From positions 992,001 through 1,056,000 of the forward strand of contig MU058221.1 of NCBI GenBank assembly GCA_013265495.1: 64,000 nt of DNA, written 5' to 3'. The first letter of the stretch is position 1. Every line of letters begins with the position of its first letter. The stretch comes from Vicugna vicugna. Lineage: Eukaryota. Shown one piece after another: positions 13,231 to 26,379 of this stretch. The position numbers and the translations under genes are program-made. The notes beneath the pieces were generated by a model that was not told the DNA's origin, did no database searches, and saw only the letters and a program-made list of their open reading frames with translations.

Positions 13231-15764
13231 TCCACATATTAATATGCATAGTGATGTGTTTGAACTTAATTAATGCATGTTCACTGTTTTCCATGAAAGA
13301 TTTAATAATATTCAACTGAGCCTGTATGTATATAGTTTCATATTTTTTACTATCAACTTTTTTCTTGAAAGAAAAAACAGGCTTTATACTTCCTTTTTTA
13401 TTAACTGTCATTATCAGTACATTACTGGGTCTGCCCAAGTCCTCACTCAAACATGTCTTATTGCACTGGCATGATCACCAAGGGGTCTGTGTTATGGTCC
13501 AGATTCAACTATAAAGCGGCCAGATGATCTTAGTAATATTACAGTTTCGCTAAATATTTTCCCCAGCATCTCTAAATGAATCAGATTGCTTTGGATGCTA
13601 AGAGTCTCTGATTAATTTGCATATGCTGGCTGAATTAAAGCAAATGGTTGTAGGTTAATAATTGGTTATAAATATCAGGAACATATATGGGAATATTTGC
13701 TCATCTTGATTCCTTGTAAACCCTGAAAATTTAGATCTACTATGGACTATATTATCATCCATCTCACATATTATGCAATATAAAAAGAAATTGTTTGAAA
13801 ATAACTCTTTAATGAATTAGATGAGATGACATTAAACTGCCACCTGTCCAGTTTAAAGTCTTTTATAAATCAATTTGTTACTTCAAAAATTAGCCCTTTA
13901 TTTTTAAATAAAGCAAACCTTTCAGCTGAAAAAAGTTGTCTTAAATATTCCCCAAATGTAAACTCTCCTTATTTGTAGCCATATAGAGCCCGATTCAGGG
14001 AGAGATGGAAAAGTTGAATTTATATGTAACAGTTTGTAGCAACTTAAGAGTCAGTATTGCATTTACTCAGGGAATTGAGATATATGTTTATGTTACAAGG
14101 TCCCCAAATGGCCCTGAGTCACTCTCATCTAAAGCAGACAGCATGAAGTTAATAGTGACAATAGCCACAGAACAGAATGAACATGCTTCAGCAGTTTCAA
14201 GTAGATTTCACTCTATTCTGCAAGAGCGTCAGTAAGGAGGCAACATGCACTTAGATGTTTATCACTAGGAAAAAAAAAAAAACCTGGGTTTAATGATTAA
14301 CACATAATCAGAATGTAAATAAAAATGATCTAAACGTTATTTTGAAACACATGTCCCATCAGAAAAAACGCTGTTATTAGAAACACTGATTTCTCATATG
14401 TATGGAAGCATGCACACACAACCCCCCCAGTATTTTTGCATTTTGCTTTTAATTGCAAATCACTGTCCATGAATATATAGCTGTATTAAAAACAATTTTT
14501 TTTAATTCTCACATCTTATTTATAATTGGCCATTGCAGTAATGAAAAAAACTCCAATGTCACCAGTGTCACTAGGATTTAATAGAGGAAGCTGAAAGGAT
14601 CTGCCACCATTTGGCAGGATCCAAGGGTCCTAGTGTGATCCAGATACCAGTTAGAAATATGACTGTGGTCCAGTTATTTAAAAATTCAGGGTTTTGTATC
14701 TGTATATAGTCTTACAATATATAATATGTTTAATAAAGATAATGGTAAGAATAGGTCTTAATAGGCCAAAATATATAGACCTGGAAAATTCTACAGGCTA
14801 ACTAAAGTATATTTCCAGGGGATTATGAGTTGAATTGAATTGAACTGAATTCAGAAGAGAGGCTTTATTTCAGGGGGTAGTGTTTCTGAACTAGACTGGA
14901 AGCAAAATAGACTGCCCACTCTGGGGAGGCAACAACCCAGCATGAGACAAGAGACCGGAGACATGACACAGAAGCTTAGAACCCCAAAGATGCCCTGGTT
15001 CCATCCGTTCAAGTGTGCAACCCTTGGGTTCAGCTGAAGTGCAGCTGGCAGAGGAGGGGTATGAAAGGTCAGCCTTCATCCCCTTGTGGCAGGCTACAAA
15101 CTCACACAGCAGAATTGATAGCAACCATGATAATGAAAATAGCAATTTACATCTAGCTAACCCTTAGATTTGAACCCACATCGTTAGCCTCTGGGCTGGC
15201 CCATTGCAAGCTGTTCTAGACCAGTTCCTCCTGCGAGGGTCAGGAACACATGGAGGAGCTGAAAAACCCTCCAGCCCTGGAGGTAGACTCAGTCCTAGCC
15301 AGCGCTGACTTTCACTCTAAACTAAAGATGTATGGACAATGACTAGTCTGCAGAGCTAAATTAAGCAACAAATTCACTCTCAGTCAAGAAAAGCATGGGA
15401 GCTGTGACCTCTGGACATCTCCCCTCTGACAGCCGGTTTGTGTGGGCTGAGAGCTCCTGCAAGGGCTGATGGAGAACACTGAACTGCTCTGAAGAAGGGC
15501 TGGCTGCATTTCTAGGTCTTGCAGGGGATGGTATCTTTCACGTAAAAGCTGAACTCAGTGATGCAGGTCACACTGATGGAAGGCTGGTGGTCTGAGGGCT
15601 ACTGGACTTTTCATAGTACATTTTTTAACCAGTTAGTTGACCTAAAAGCAAAATTAGAACACCTAGAAGAAATTTCTCTTTTTGTTCTCAAGTTCTATAA
15701 TTCTCTCTCCAGCCACATCTTTTACAGATGCCGTTTCACTGAATGGACTAGGAAAGGTAAGATA

Positions 15765-16335
15765 TGTTAATTCCATGATGAGGCATTTGCTGTAACTTGC
15801 TGAGCCTGGTGGCACTGTTAGGTAGTTAGATAAATGGTGGCACCAGGCGGGTAAGACGGAGGAGAGGGACGGTGGTCTGGAAGATGGCGGTGTGACCTCC
15901 TCCAGCATAAAGGGGCTTTACTTTCTCTAAATGAGTGTCAGCGAGAAACTGGTTAGAACCCACGGGCCACGACCATGCTGCAGCAACAGGGACCTAACCG
16001 GACAAGATCCAGTGTTCATTGCAATATAATTAGCATTGTGGTTTCGGTCCCCCCAACATGGTTTTTTCTGTGTGCATCCTGGGCAAAGACATGCACAAAA
16101 GGAGACCAGCATGACTCAGCGCTCCAGGGGCAAGAGCTGTCTATCAGTCAAGAGACCACCTCTCAGCAAGGGTGTAAGATGGGACAAAACAGATCTTTGC
16201 TATCCGCTCTTGGGGCAGCCCGCCTTCCACTCTCAGAGGTGCACTTTTGCCCTGCTAATAAAAATCTTTAAAATGCTTTGCTGCACGACACTTTTGTCTC
16301 CCATCTAAATTCTTCTCTTTCAAGCAAGACAAAAA
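15765..16335 (+). mobile_element. Solo LTR, ERV1-like
   Basis: Starts tgtta; AATAAA near 16257 followed by U5-like ctaaattcttctctttcaagcaagacaaaaaccgaag. Confidence 0.6.
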
Positions 16336-16539
16336 CCGAAGTTTTTTCCCTTTCTAGAGTGGCCGAATTATAAACGGAAGTACAAATAAATATGCTACAT
16401 ATCCAAGTTCAAGGTATTTTCTGTCCTCCTAAAGGAAATAATGCACATATTTTGAAAGGTAGATTAAAATAGTACTTGGAAAACGTACAGTAGTTTAAGT
16501 AATTAAACGAGGAAGTGGCCCTAATGCCTTAGCAGTGTG

Positions 16540-16835
16540 TGTGAAGAAACGAACCCAGCTGGGATCCACGCGGTCCAGTTCAAGAATATGAAATTTGGCA
16601 ACAACCAGTCATGAAGGGCCAAACAGGCTTCCCTAGATAAGGCAGCTTGAAACTGCAGCCAATTAAGAAATCCCCTGGTTTTGCTTCTGCATGCTATCTA
16701 TGAAGGTGCTCCCTGCTGGCTCGTGCCGGTGGCTCCCTCCTCGCCGCTCTGGATTTGCTGGTGCCTGATTTGAACTGATGTGCGCTCAGATAAACGCTTA
16801 AATACATTAACGTGTCTCAGTTTGTTTGTTTAACG
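16540..16835 (+). mobile_element. LTR fragment, MER34/MER39-like
   Basis: cagccaattaag CCAAT region and 3' end gctcagataaacgcttaaatacattaacgtgtctcagtttgtttgtttaac. Confidence 0.55.
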
Positions 16836-17832
16836 CAAGGCATGACAAAGAAGTGTGAGAAAACAACTGAAAGCGTACAGTATGAACATGGTGAGTTACT
16901 CCTGTGGCCCACGCGGCTTTGACAGAGAGCAAATGTGCAAGGCTGGAAGCCATTTGTCTAGTAACAGGAGTGTCAGCAAAATTCTTGTCACTCAAGTCCT
17001 CTCAGGCTTTACAGCAAGTCAGTCTTTACTTCTACTACCCTTTTAGGTCAAACTGTCTGTGAGTTGATCACGGCACTGAGAATATATATGAGTTTTTAAT
17101 TTATTAAATTCTTATCCAATGTTAACCTTTCATTTGAGTCATGAGATTTTTGCATCATAGTGCTTTTCCTATCAATATAGACACATAATTATGTGACCAG
17201 ATATTACATCATATAATAGATCTCATGTTTTTTTGAGTCATAACAATATGCGTATCTATTATTATGCATATGCATGTCATATTGTTAGAACTCTGAAAAA
17301 CATGATATTACTTAAATTACTCAAATCATGCACTGACTTATTTTCGAAACCCACAATTATGAGAAAACTGGTGAATTAAGCAATATTGGGTGTCTTAATG
17401 TGATAGCTATTTTTAGCGGACATAACCAATACGTAAAATCCATGCATACATTTCAGAGTAAAGGATTTCTTGAGTAATAAAGAAATACTATGCTCAATAT
17501 TCCACCACATCACAAAATTGCATGTTATCAGTATTCAGTTTTCACTTTTGAATCCCTGCACACGTGTGGCGTTATTCCTACTTGCATGACTGAGCAAAGC
17601 GTTCCTTGGAGGAAATGCTGGAGCTAATGAAGCTTATTTTATTATTGACGTGTGACTTGTGGTTGATTGACTTGTTAACTTAGTAAGTGACTTGACTAAA
17701 TGTAACATTTTTTTTTCTTGAAATAAGCCTTTCCCAGTGATGCCAAAACTGCGGGAACTACTTTCAAAGGGAATGCTGGGTTCAGTGTTTAAGGGTATTT
17801 TTTTTTTGGCGTGGAGACTGATGTTTTCATAC

Positions 17833-18051
17833 AAAGTTTCTCCAGGCCAGCAGCGTTGGCATTTTGGACTGGACGGTTATTTTCCTGGGGGCTGCTCTGT
17901 GCGCTGTAGGATGCTCAGCAGCGTCCGTGCTCTCTGTCCACTAGATTTCAACACCAACTTCCCACTCCAGTTGTTATGATCTAAAATGTCATCAGATATC
18001 GCTAAATGTCTCCCGGGACCAAAATACACTCTCCCTCATTGAGAACCGCTT
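17833..18051 (-). mobile_element. MER20 (hAT-Charlie) DNA transposon
   Basis: Near full-length match to recalled MER20 (ggcattttggactgg...tgtaggatgctcagcagc...aaatgtc...attgagaaccgct). Confidence 0.85.
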
Positions 18052-20229
18052 CTCAGTAGAAGAGGAAGGTGAAGGGAACTCAGAGATCACAAATCAAGGG
18101 CAGGATCTAAGCAGAGGGATTTTTCTAGAAAGGTCTTGAGACAGGAAAGCACCACTTTGTATAAATTAAATTGAAGAATTAAAGCCAATATACTTCATTA
18201 TGTTAAAATTTGTTAAAGACAAATTGATTCCTACTATACACATTTTAAAAAGTCATTCGGCTTTAAGACCGAAATTATTTGTTTATCCATAAAATTTAAG
18301 ATCAACTGAATTTCCAAATTAAGACAATATAATCTTTGAAGGCACTGCTATCTTTGAGAGGTGTTTTTTTTTTTGTCTGAAAATATTAGACCTTGAAAGT
18401 CTATCTTCCAGTACTTCCAAAATGGAAGATTAGAATAATTTTGTTTTTGAAAATGATGGATATTTTCACATGAAGTATTTCTCACATCGTCTTATCAGTG
18501 ATGGCATTCTCCAATTACTAATCATTTTTAAACTAAAACTAATTGAGGAAAATCCATTATCTTAAATAAGAGAGACATTACTTGCCCATCTCAAACATAT
18601 GTGAATATTATTTAAAAGATGAGTGGATACTAACTTAGTCGTTAAAATAGTCTAAACACTCATTTTTTTGAAACTTAGCATAATTATGGCAAATACATTA
18701 GAAATATAGTTTCATTAATATAACTTTATTTAACATTATCCTCAAATAAAAATGATATTAAGAAGACTTGAATTTACTAGCACCAACTCCAGTTCTTTCC
18801 TTAGTAAAAATTATCATTTATATTAAAGATCAGCTTGGAGTTAGCTAATTGTGGCTGGAATGCCATAAAAATAATTCAAACTTGGCAATTCTTAATAAAT
18901 TTAAACTCTCTAACTTGTGTCAGCTTCAGAAAAATCCAGCAGACTAAGAATTCACTTGTCCTTATTCTGCGTGCTATTAAGAAAGAAGGTTCTGAGAGAT
19001 GCAATATTCAATGACTTCATTAACTTGTGCTCATGTATACTCCGGAGTAGAAGATTAAACTCCGGCATTCCTGCAAGCCGAGATGTGCCAATCCTTACAC
19101 CAAGGAAAGATGTACCAAACATCCCTGGACTGCAGCGCAGACCCGCTTCCAAGCTTCATGCTGTTTTCCTGTGGCCGTTGATGCCCTAATTTCTGTAAAG
19201 AGAGCTGCTGTGAAAAAACGATGGCTGTTACAACCACATCAGGCATTTCAAGGGATTTCACAGGAAAAAAAAAAAACATACAAGAGTTTTCTGTCGCGAG
19301 GCACTGACAAATATCTCATTCACATCGTGTGACACAGCTAACCCCAGGCTCCCTGTGTAGACAGATTCAAGTCGAGATTGGCAGGTGGAAAATTATTAAA
19401 TGTATTCCGTGGGCTAGATTTCTACAGGAAGACATTGCCTGCTAAAACTTTTTATTCCCAGTGACTTTTATGTTCTTGAAAGCTTCATTATAGGCTTTTA
19501 TGTAAAAGTAAAAGTGAATTAAAGACCAGTTGTCTCTGGAAAAACAGGAAACTCCTGTGTGCCTAACAGGGTCTCTAGTTGAGGCTGCCTTGGGCACTTC
19601 TCTGTGAAGTCCTGGCTGCAGTTATGGCTGAAATACACACATACAGTGTTTCTTTCATCAATATTGGATTTTGGCTGCTCTTATTCTTTGTTTTGGGATG
19701 ATCTGTCTCCAGGTGGTTCACCAGAGGGCATCAGATCCTGGGTCTGGAGGCTCAAGGAAGACTGTGTTAATTTCATATGGACAGAGAAACCCTAGAGGCT
19801 GAGAGAGGCAAAGACCAACTGGATCGTTTTGCTGACACCTCCCAGAGGATTTCAGGCTGAGTAACTGGGTGTTTGGACCTGGTCTGGTGGGGTCGCTCTT
19901 TTCTGATAGGCTGTCCTGAAGTTCTCACACTCAGGGCCATCAGCATCCCACTGGAATCAACATCTGTCTCAGATATTGGAACATATAGGAAAGGACTGGA
20001 GGGAGTAGGTGGCTGGCCACAGAGAGTGGACAATCACAGAGATGGAAGCTCCAATTAGTTGCCGAGGTGAGCTGGACGCTGTGTGATGGTGGCCGTTCTA
20101 CGTTTGAAAGCTCGTTTGCCAAGTTTTGTCAGCATTGCATGTTAAATCAGGCAGCCTTCCTGACACTGATGATCAGTTATCTTCGTGTCCTGTAATAGCA
20201 TAATTTCTTTTATTTTTATAGCATTTAGA

Positions 20230-20560
20230 CTTAATTTCAAGTAATACATGCTCAATAAATGAAATTTTAGAAAGATGTATTTTGGATAATATTTTCTCCT
20301 AGAGATAACCACCACTAAATTCTTCAGTAGAAACTTTAAGTCATATTATGATTAAACTTATTAAACAAATACACATGCCTGTATAATTTACAAAAATGCT
20401 AAATTATAAGTCTATCTTATAACGGCATGCTTTAACTGAGAAATATGTACATTCATATCAATAGGTATTTTCTAGCATGGTTCTTTAACAGAATATACCA
20501 AAATCTATAAAAATGAATTAAATGACCTTTGGGTTAAAATTTTAAGTGAGTTTTAGGAAA
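20230..20560 (-). mobile_element. L1ME-like 3' fragment (AT-rich)
   Basis: aagtaatacatgctca...ctagagataaccaccactaaattc. Confidence 0.55.
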
Positions 20561-20837
20561 GCATCCTTTTTTTTTTTTTTCCAATAACTTGATTTTACTT
20601 TGGATTTTTTTTTTCATTTTAGAAATCAAAAATTACAGAACGATGATAAACAATTATGCATAAGCACCCAAAAAATCACCTCTAGGTCTCTGCTTTGGGT
20701 TTGATATTGGTTAGTAGAATAAAATAGCTCTAATTTATAATGTTCAGTAATTGTACTATTAATAGATTGCTAAGGAATTTCCAGGAATTGTGAATTTTTA
20801 AATTACCTTTGCTTCAGTGGAGACGACATAAAGTCTC

Positions 20838-20985
20838 AGCAGTGTTCTCCTAGGGCAGGCTGCCCAGATGACAGAAATAAAAGCAAAGATAAACAAATGG
20901 GACCTCATTAAACTTACAAGGTTTTGCACAGCAAAGGAAACCATAAGCAAAACACAAAGACAACCTACGGAATGGGCGAAAACAT
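20838..20985 (+). mobile_element. L1 ORF2 fragment
   Basis: aaagcaaagataaacaaatgggacctcattaaacttacaaggttttgcacagcaaaggaaacc ([17 protein letters not shown] motif). Confidence 0.88.
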
Positions 20986-20994
20986 TCTGTGCAT

Positions 20995-21505
20995 TTTATT
21001 TTTTTGTCTGTTTGGTTTTTAAGCCACTTTATTGACATATCACTGACGTACAAAAAGTATGCATTCTTCACGTATACAGCTTGACGCATTTGGAAACCGC
21101 CATCACAACCGGCCCCTAAGTATGTCCATCACTTCCCAAAGTTTCCTCGCAGCCTCATTATTGTCATTAGTGTGAAGTAAGAACACAAAGGAAAGCCTAA
21201 CTCCCTAACAGACTTTTCAGTGTGCAGCAGCGCTGTGAACTAGAGGCTCAAGCTAGAGCCAGACCAGGAACTCTCTAGGGTTCATCCATCTCGCCAAGCT
21301 GAAACTCCGTGCCCTTTGACTGACAGCTCCCTGTGTCCCCAGCCACCAGCCTGTGGCAACCGTCACTCTAGTCTCTGCTCTCATGAGTGTGACTGTTTCA
21401 GATTCTTCATAAGGTGGTTTCCTGGAACATTCGTCTTCCTGTCTTGCCTTATTTCATTTAGCATAACATCCTCCAGGCTCATCCGTGTCGTCCCAAATCA
21501 CAGAT
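20995..21505 (-). mobile_element. L1MA/L1MB-like 3' end
   Basis: ccactttattgacatatcactgacgtac...ggcaaccgtcactctagtctctgc...cttatttcatttagcataacatcctccaggctcatcc. Confidence 0.8.
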
Positions 21506-23308
21506 CCTCTCAGCGTTGTCTTTTTGAGATTTATAGGCCATGCATTTTAAACCAGGATCCTTGACTGAGCTTGATGTGGTCACGGCTGCTCTGGGTGTCA
21601 GGGACACTGGAAGGGCTCCTTGTCCTCGGGGACCAGCCTGGGCTCGGCTGCGGTTCCTCGTCTTGAAATGAATCTACCCACACTCAGCATCAGGACGGGC
21701 TGGAAGTCGGAGGGAAAGTGCAGCGGGGTCTTCCACCTGAGCTCAAAGAAAGCGGTAAGAGCGTGGAGTCAGGCAGGCCTTTTTATACAAACATTTTAAT
21801 TCTTTTTAAATCTGCTGTTACTTTACGCAGTGCTGAACTGAAAGTAAACCTCACAGGAGAGGTGGCTGCCCACCACCATTACTGTTACTTACGACGTGTG
21901 ACCTCAACACGGATGCACTTCAGACATACCACTTTTGTATGGAAATTGTCTTCTTGTTTTCTTAGAAATAAAGTAGTAAATACAGGGAAAAAATAAGGAG
22001 TACAGTAATTATAAAATAAAATTTAAAAATCAAAAACAAATCTGTCTCCTTGTTATTTGGCCCCGATTCCCTCTCTTTAAAGGGTAAGCATGGCTTTGTT
22101 TTTCCTCTCTGTTCTTAAAAAAAAAAAATTGGATCTGTATATGTACGTGAACATTATCTCCATATAGAAACAGAAATATAACTCTATTCTCCTCAATTTC
22201 TTCCCTTCCTTTTATAAATTGAACATATTTTAAAACTCTCTTCAAAATCATTTTTTAAATTATGGAATTCTCTGTAATGCCTGCATGGTTCACCAGAGAT
22301 TGCATAAAATCTCTGATATAAAATAAAATTTCCTAGGCTTGCCGACAATATCTGTGGTCTCTATGATTTCTTAATTAATCACATTTTAATAACAAAATGG
22401 CATTTACTAATACTTAATTAGTATCATTTTGAATGATCAAATATTGATAAAACTGTCGGTTTAAAACTAACCAGCTTGAGAGTCACTTACTTTCTCAAGA
22501 TACACCCTTTGATGTTTCCACGGGCCCCTGAGCTAGAACTCACTCTAGCAAGGCAAAAATCTCTCAGGCATGTGCAAGCAAATGTGGTAAATTGTTTGGC
22601 CCTCTGTGTGGATGGAGACCTTTTTGATTCCGTCTTCAAAGCTGATTCAATTCTCTGCTGTAGATGTGACTTGGTCCTTCTCCATTGTTTTCGTATCAGG
22701 TGAAATTAAAAATAACCCATTTACATTTACTGTGTTTTCTTTGACCCATTCAGAGATACACAGAATGGAGATTCACAGAGAGAAAAAGGAATCTGACGTT
22801 GCTTAATGGATGCTTTTTGGGGGGGGAGGGGAGCAAAAACACAGGGGTATGGATTCCTGAGCAATTCAATCTTTTGTTAGAACAAACATTTCTTGGGAAA
22901 TCAGAAATCAGATATGCTTTGAGAAAACGCATGCTATGAATTATTCCCTAGAGACACTATTTCCTGTTTCCTTGCTTAAAAACTATATTAAGATTTAAGG
23001 AGGGTAGAGAATATAATTAGCTCAGTTGGTCTGCATTGGTGTTTGTCTCTTTAATTTTAGATTAGGGACTTAAAAATGTGTTTAGGGAGGTGCATTTTGT
23101 AGAGCCAAATACTTGCAAGTAAAAATGTTAAGCACTGAAATGGCGGTTTAATTACACCTTAAACAAAAATAAAAGGGTAATGACAAGTTGGAACAATATT
23201 GGCAAAATATACTAAAGTGAAGGGGTTACGTTTTTAAGGAGATATATTGGGACATAATTAAGTCAGCGGCACCACCAATAAAAGATAAGCATCGTAACCG
23301 TAAGAAAA

Positions 23309-23323
23309 GTAAGGAGGCTCGTG

Positions 23324-23357
<34 letters not shown>

Positions 23358-23391
23358 CGTAAGGAGGCTCGTGGCAAACACACACACACAC
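23309..23391. repeat. Tandem duplication of gtaaggaggctcgtggcaaa(ca)n, period 50 bp
   Basis: Identical 20-bp heads at 23309 and 23359, each followed by a CA tract of different length. Confidence 0.92.
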
Positions 23392-23639
23392 TCTCAAGTC
23401 GCAAATACCAAATAAAAAGGGAGTCCCTTCTGACAATAAAATAAACACAAACAAAATAAAGAGGAATCCTCACCACAGGCCCAACCCACCAACACGTCTG
23501 ATGGTTTATTTTCAAGATAAAGGGAGGCCCTGTGCCCTCCCTTGTCTGAGGCTCGGCCATCCCTTACCTGAACTATGGCAGCAAATTCTACTCCGACTTT
23601 TCTTAAATCTGTCTCGCACTGAGCAGCCAAGATCACGTT

Positions 23640-24620
23640 TTTAAAACAGAGACCACGCCACGCCTGTGCTCAGCGCGCTTCTCAAGGCTGAAGGTGCTTC
23701 TGGAAAGGGCGGCACGCGCTGCGCCTTCGACAGACGCGGGAGGGCAGCTCCACCTCGCAGGGGCTCAGGAGCGAGCGGCGGGCGGGGGCCCCTGCCTCCG
23801 TCTCAGAGGAGCTCACTGTGACTTGGCAGGCCCTTCTAATAGGGTGAGTTGTGTTTCTGAGGATGCAGGGCGAAGCGGGCGCGCTCCCCTCTGTGCCAAG
23901 CCTGATGCGTGTGCGGGGCCAGCCGGGAAGAGCAAACCGCGTGTCTCGGGCCCCGGCGCAAGCACGCCTTCCCCGCGGTGCCCTCGCGTGTACCTGCCGT
24001 CTGCGCCTCCATCGCAGAGCGTGTAAGGGCCTCTCCTCCTGGGACCCATCCATCGGTGGGTGAACCCGCCGGTTAGCTTGCCCGTCCCTCCGCCAGCCTG
24101 CAGCTCAGCTTGCGAACGCTTCTCCAAGCCCTCTTCGCGCCGTCGCTGTTTGTTCAAGCCAGCAGGGCCGTGCCGCCAATCGGTCGACATCCGCAGCCTG
24201 ACGCACCGAAGCCGTCAGGCCCGCTGTTTCTGGGGACCGGGCTTGGGCTCCGCTGGCTCCGCAGCAGCCGGGAGCTCGTGGGGAGGCGCGGGGAGCCCGT
24301 CGCTGAGCGCTCGCTCGCCCCGCTTCGTCCGGGCGGCAGGAAGGGAGCGCGGCGGGGAACGCGGCTCCCGTCTTGAAACCTCCCCGGCCTGGTGCTTGTG
24401 CAGCTACGGTCGTCCCGCCCCGGCTGTGGCGTCTCCTGGTCACTGCTGTGAAATGTGAGCGCCTGGGGACGCGAGGGTGTGGAGGGGCGACCGAAGGAGG
24501 CCGAGGCCCATTTGGAAACCTCGTTCGCCCACCTCCGTTTGCCTGAAGACGCGGAGGCGAACAGGGGTGTCTGAGAACAAGTGCTACCGCCTTGCTGATC
24601 AGAGCTTTGCTGACGGTGAA
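23640..24620. promoter_or_regulatory. Orphan CpG-island-like segment
   Basis: ~1 kb with very high GC and dense CpG in AT-rich surroundings; no recognisable gene. Confidence 0.8.
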
Positions 24621-26379
24621 AACGACTGATGTTCCTGGACATTTTAAACTTACACGACAAACTTGCAACTGTGCTAACTACATTTTAATGCTTTTTATTT
24701 CCGTAGTGCCTTAGAACACGCATTCAAGGGCTACCATTGTAACCATCAGCTTCGTATAAGGCAGACTTTTTAGAAACAGCAGCTCAGAGAGGACTCTGGG
24801 TAACTGAATAACGGCTGTTTAGGACTTAGCTCTATATACCATTCTTAGACCGAAGATATTTTTATAGTAGAAATATTCTGCTGCTAACACACAAACGTCC
24901 TGTAAAAACAGATGGAATTCTTGTACTCCAGGGTTCAATTAGTGCTTCTTACTGGATTCTTATTTTAGTTTCTGTTTGGGGATTGGATAATATTACCCCT
25001 TAAAGAAACATATTTGTAAAATATTAGTGATGCAAATGTCTCTTAGCCTCAAGTGCAAATGCTAAAAATGATCATGCAACGTTATTAAACATTATAACTA
25101 TGTCTTTTCCTTTTCTCCCTCAGAGGAGCACTTTAAACTTTTAAGTTCTTATCGCCTAAATCCCTCTGAATTTTATAATTTGCTCCATGATTTAAAACAT
25201 AAGCAAATAACAAATAATATATTGTGTACAGTATGGTGCTGTATTAAAAAACACAGAAACAATTAGAGAGCGAATACACAAGGTACCTTTATAAATTGTC
25301 ATACACTAACAGCACCAGGTAAAGTAAAAGGCTTTATCAAAGATCCCCACCTTCCTCTTTGCAGTCGAGGAGGGCAGAGGATAGACTTACAAATTAAACA
25401 TTCTGTGGAATGCTTCTGATAATATTTTATCAAAAACTGTTTGGCTATTATAAGACAACTATTCTTTAACCAATAAATTATAATCATATCAAATAACAGA
25501 AAAAGGGATTTCTTTTCATCAGAGAATTAAAGGATAAGAAACCTACATCGTATTTGAGTTTACGGAAAGCTGGGTGGTATAACCCCATGGACTGAAGAAG
25601 CCCAGTTGGCTGTTTCATAGGCAGTAGCAAAGGAATTCAAAAATGGGAACACATTTGCTTCCGTTGCTGAAAACAAAGATGAAATATGCATCACCTCTGG
25701 AACTTCTAGAAATACTTTTTTCAAGGGGACAGATTGAGGTATGAGATACTGTTGAATACTCTGATTGTATGAGAGTGATTGTTCAATTCTTGTTTCTCAT
25801 GATGAGGGACATAAAAATGAATGTCCAATATTTGAGATCTGCAGGTGCAGCAACTGTACCCAAACACCAAGAGGATCCTGGTCGATGGGGGCGGACACTG
25901 ATCCTTGGCAATGGATCCTCCTTTGGCATAACTTGACTGTGGATCAATTTTACATTCTTTAAAAACTTAAGGAAAATAAATTGACCAATTAAGAGCAAAT
26001 GAAGAGCAAATGTAATCAAAACTGCAGGAAAAAAATCTTGCAAAATCTTCTGGACTGCAAAAATTAGGTATATGACTACAAACTACTTTATTATGTCTTC
26101 AGCAATGTCTGAAAGACCATCAAAATGTAAACGTGAAGTACTTGACTATACACATGTTGTAGAAAATAATGTGTATATATCTATATATACACTAATAATT
26201 CATATGACTAATATTATCACCCATCGCATTTTAAAATATGTAAACAGGTCTGAAACACCATATTTTACCAACTAAAACAGAAAAATAAAGGAAGATAATA
26301 TCTGAAAAACTAAAATGGCTAATTGTTCTATATTCCATAAAAAAATGGTTAAGGTCAACAACCCAAACCCTACTGACTG

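Noticed and set aside
23309..23391. Repeat-spacer-repeat pattern reminiscent of CRISPR
   Set aside because: Only two units, the spacers are CA microsatellite, and the genome is mammalian.
23682..24668. Several 110-187 aa ORFs in the CpG island
   Set aside because: Arg/Pro/Gly/Ala-rich ORFs on both strands are expected from stop-codon scarcity at high GC; no recognisable domain.
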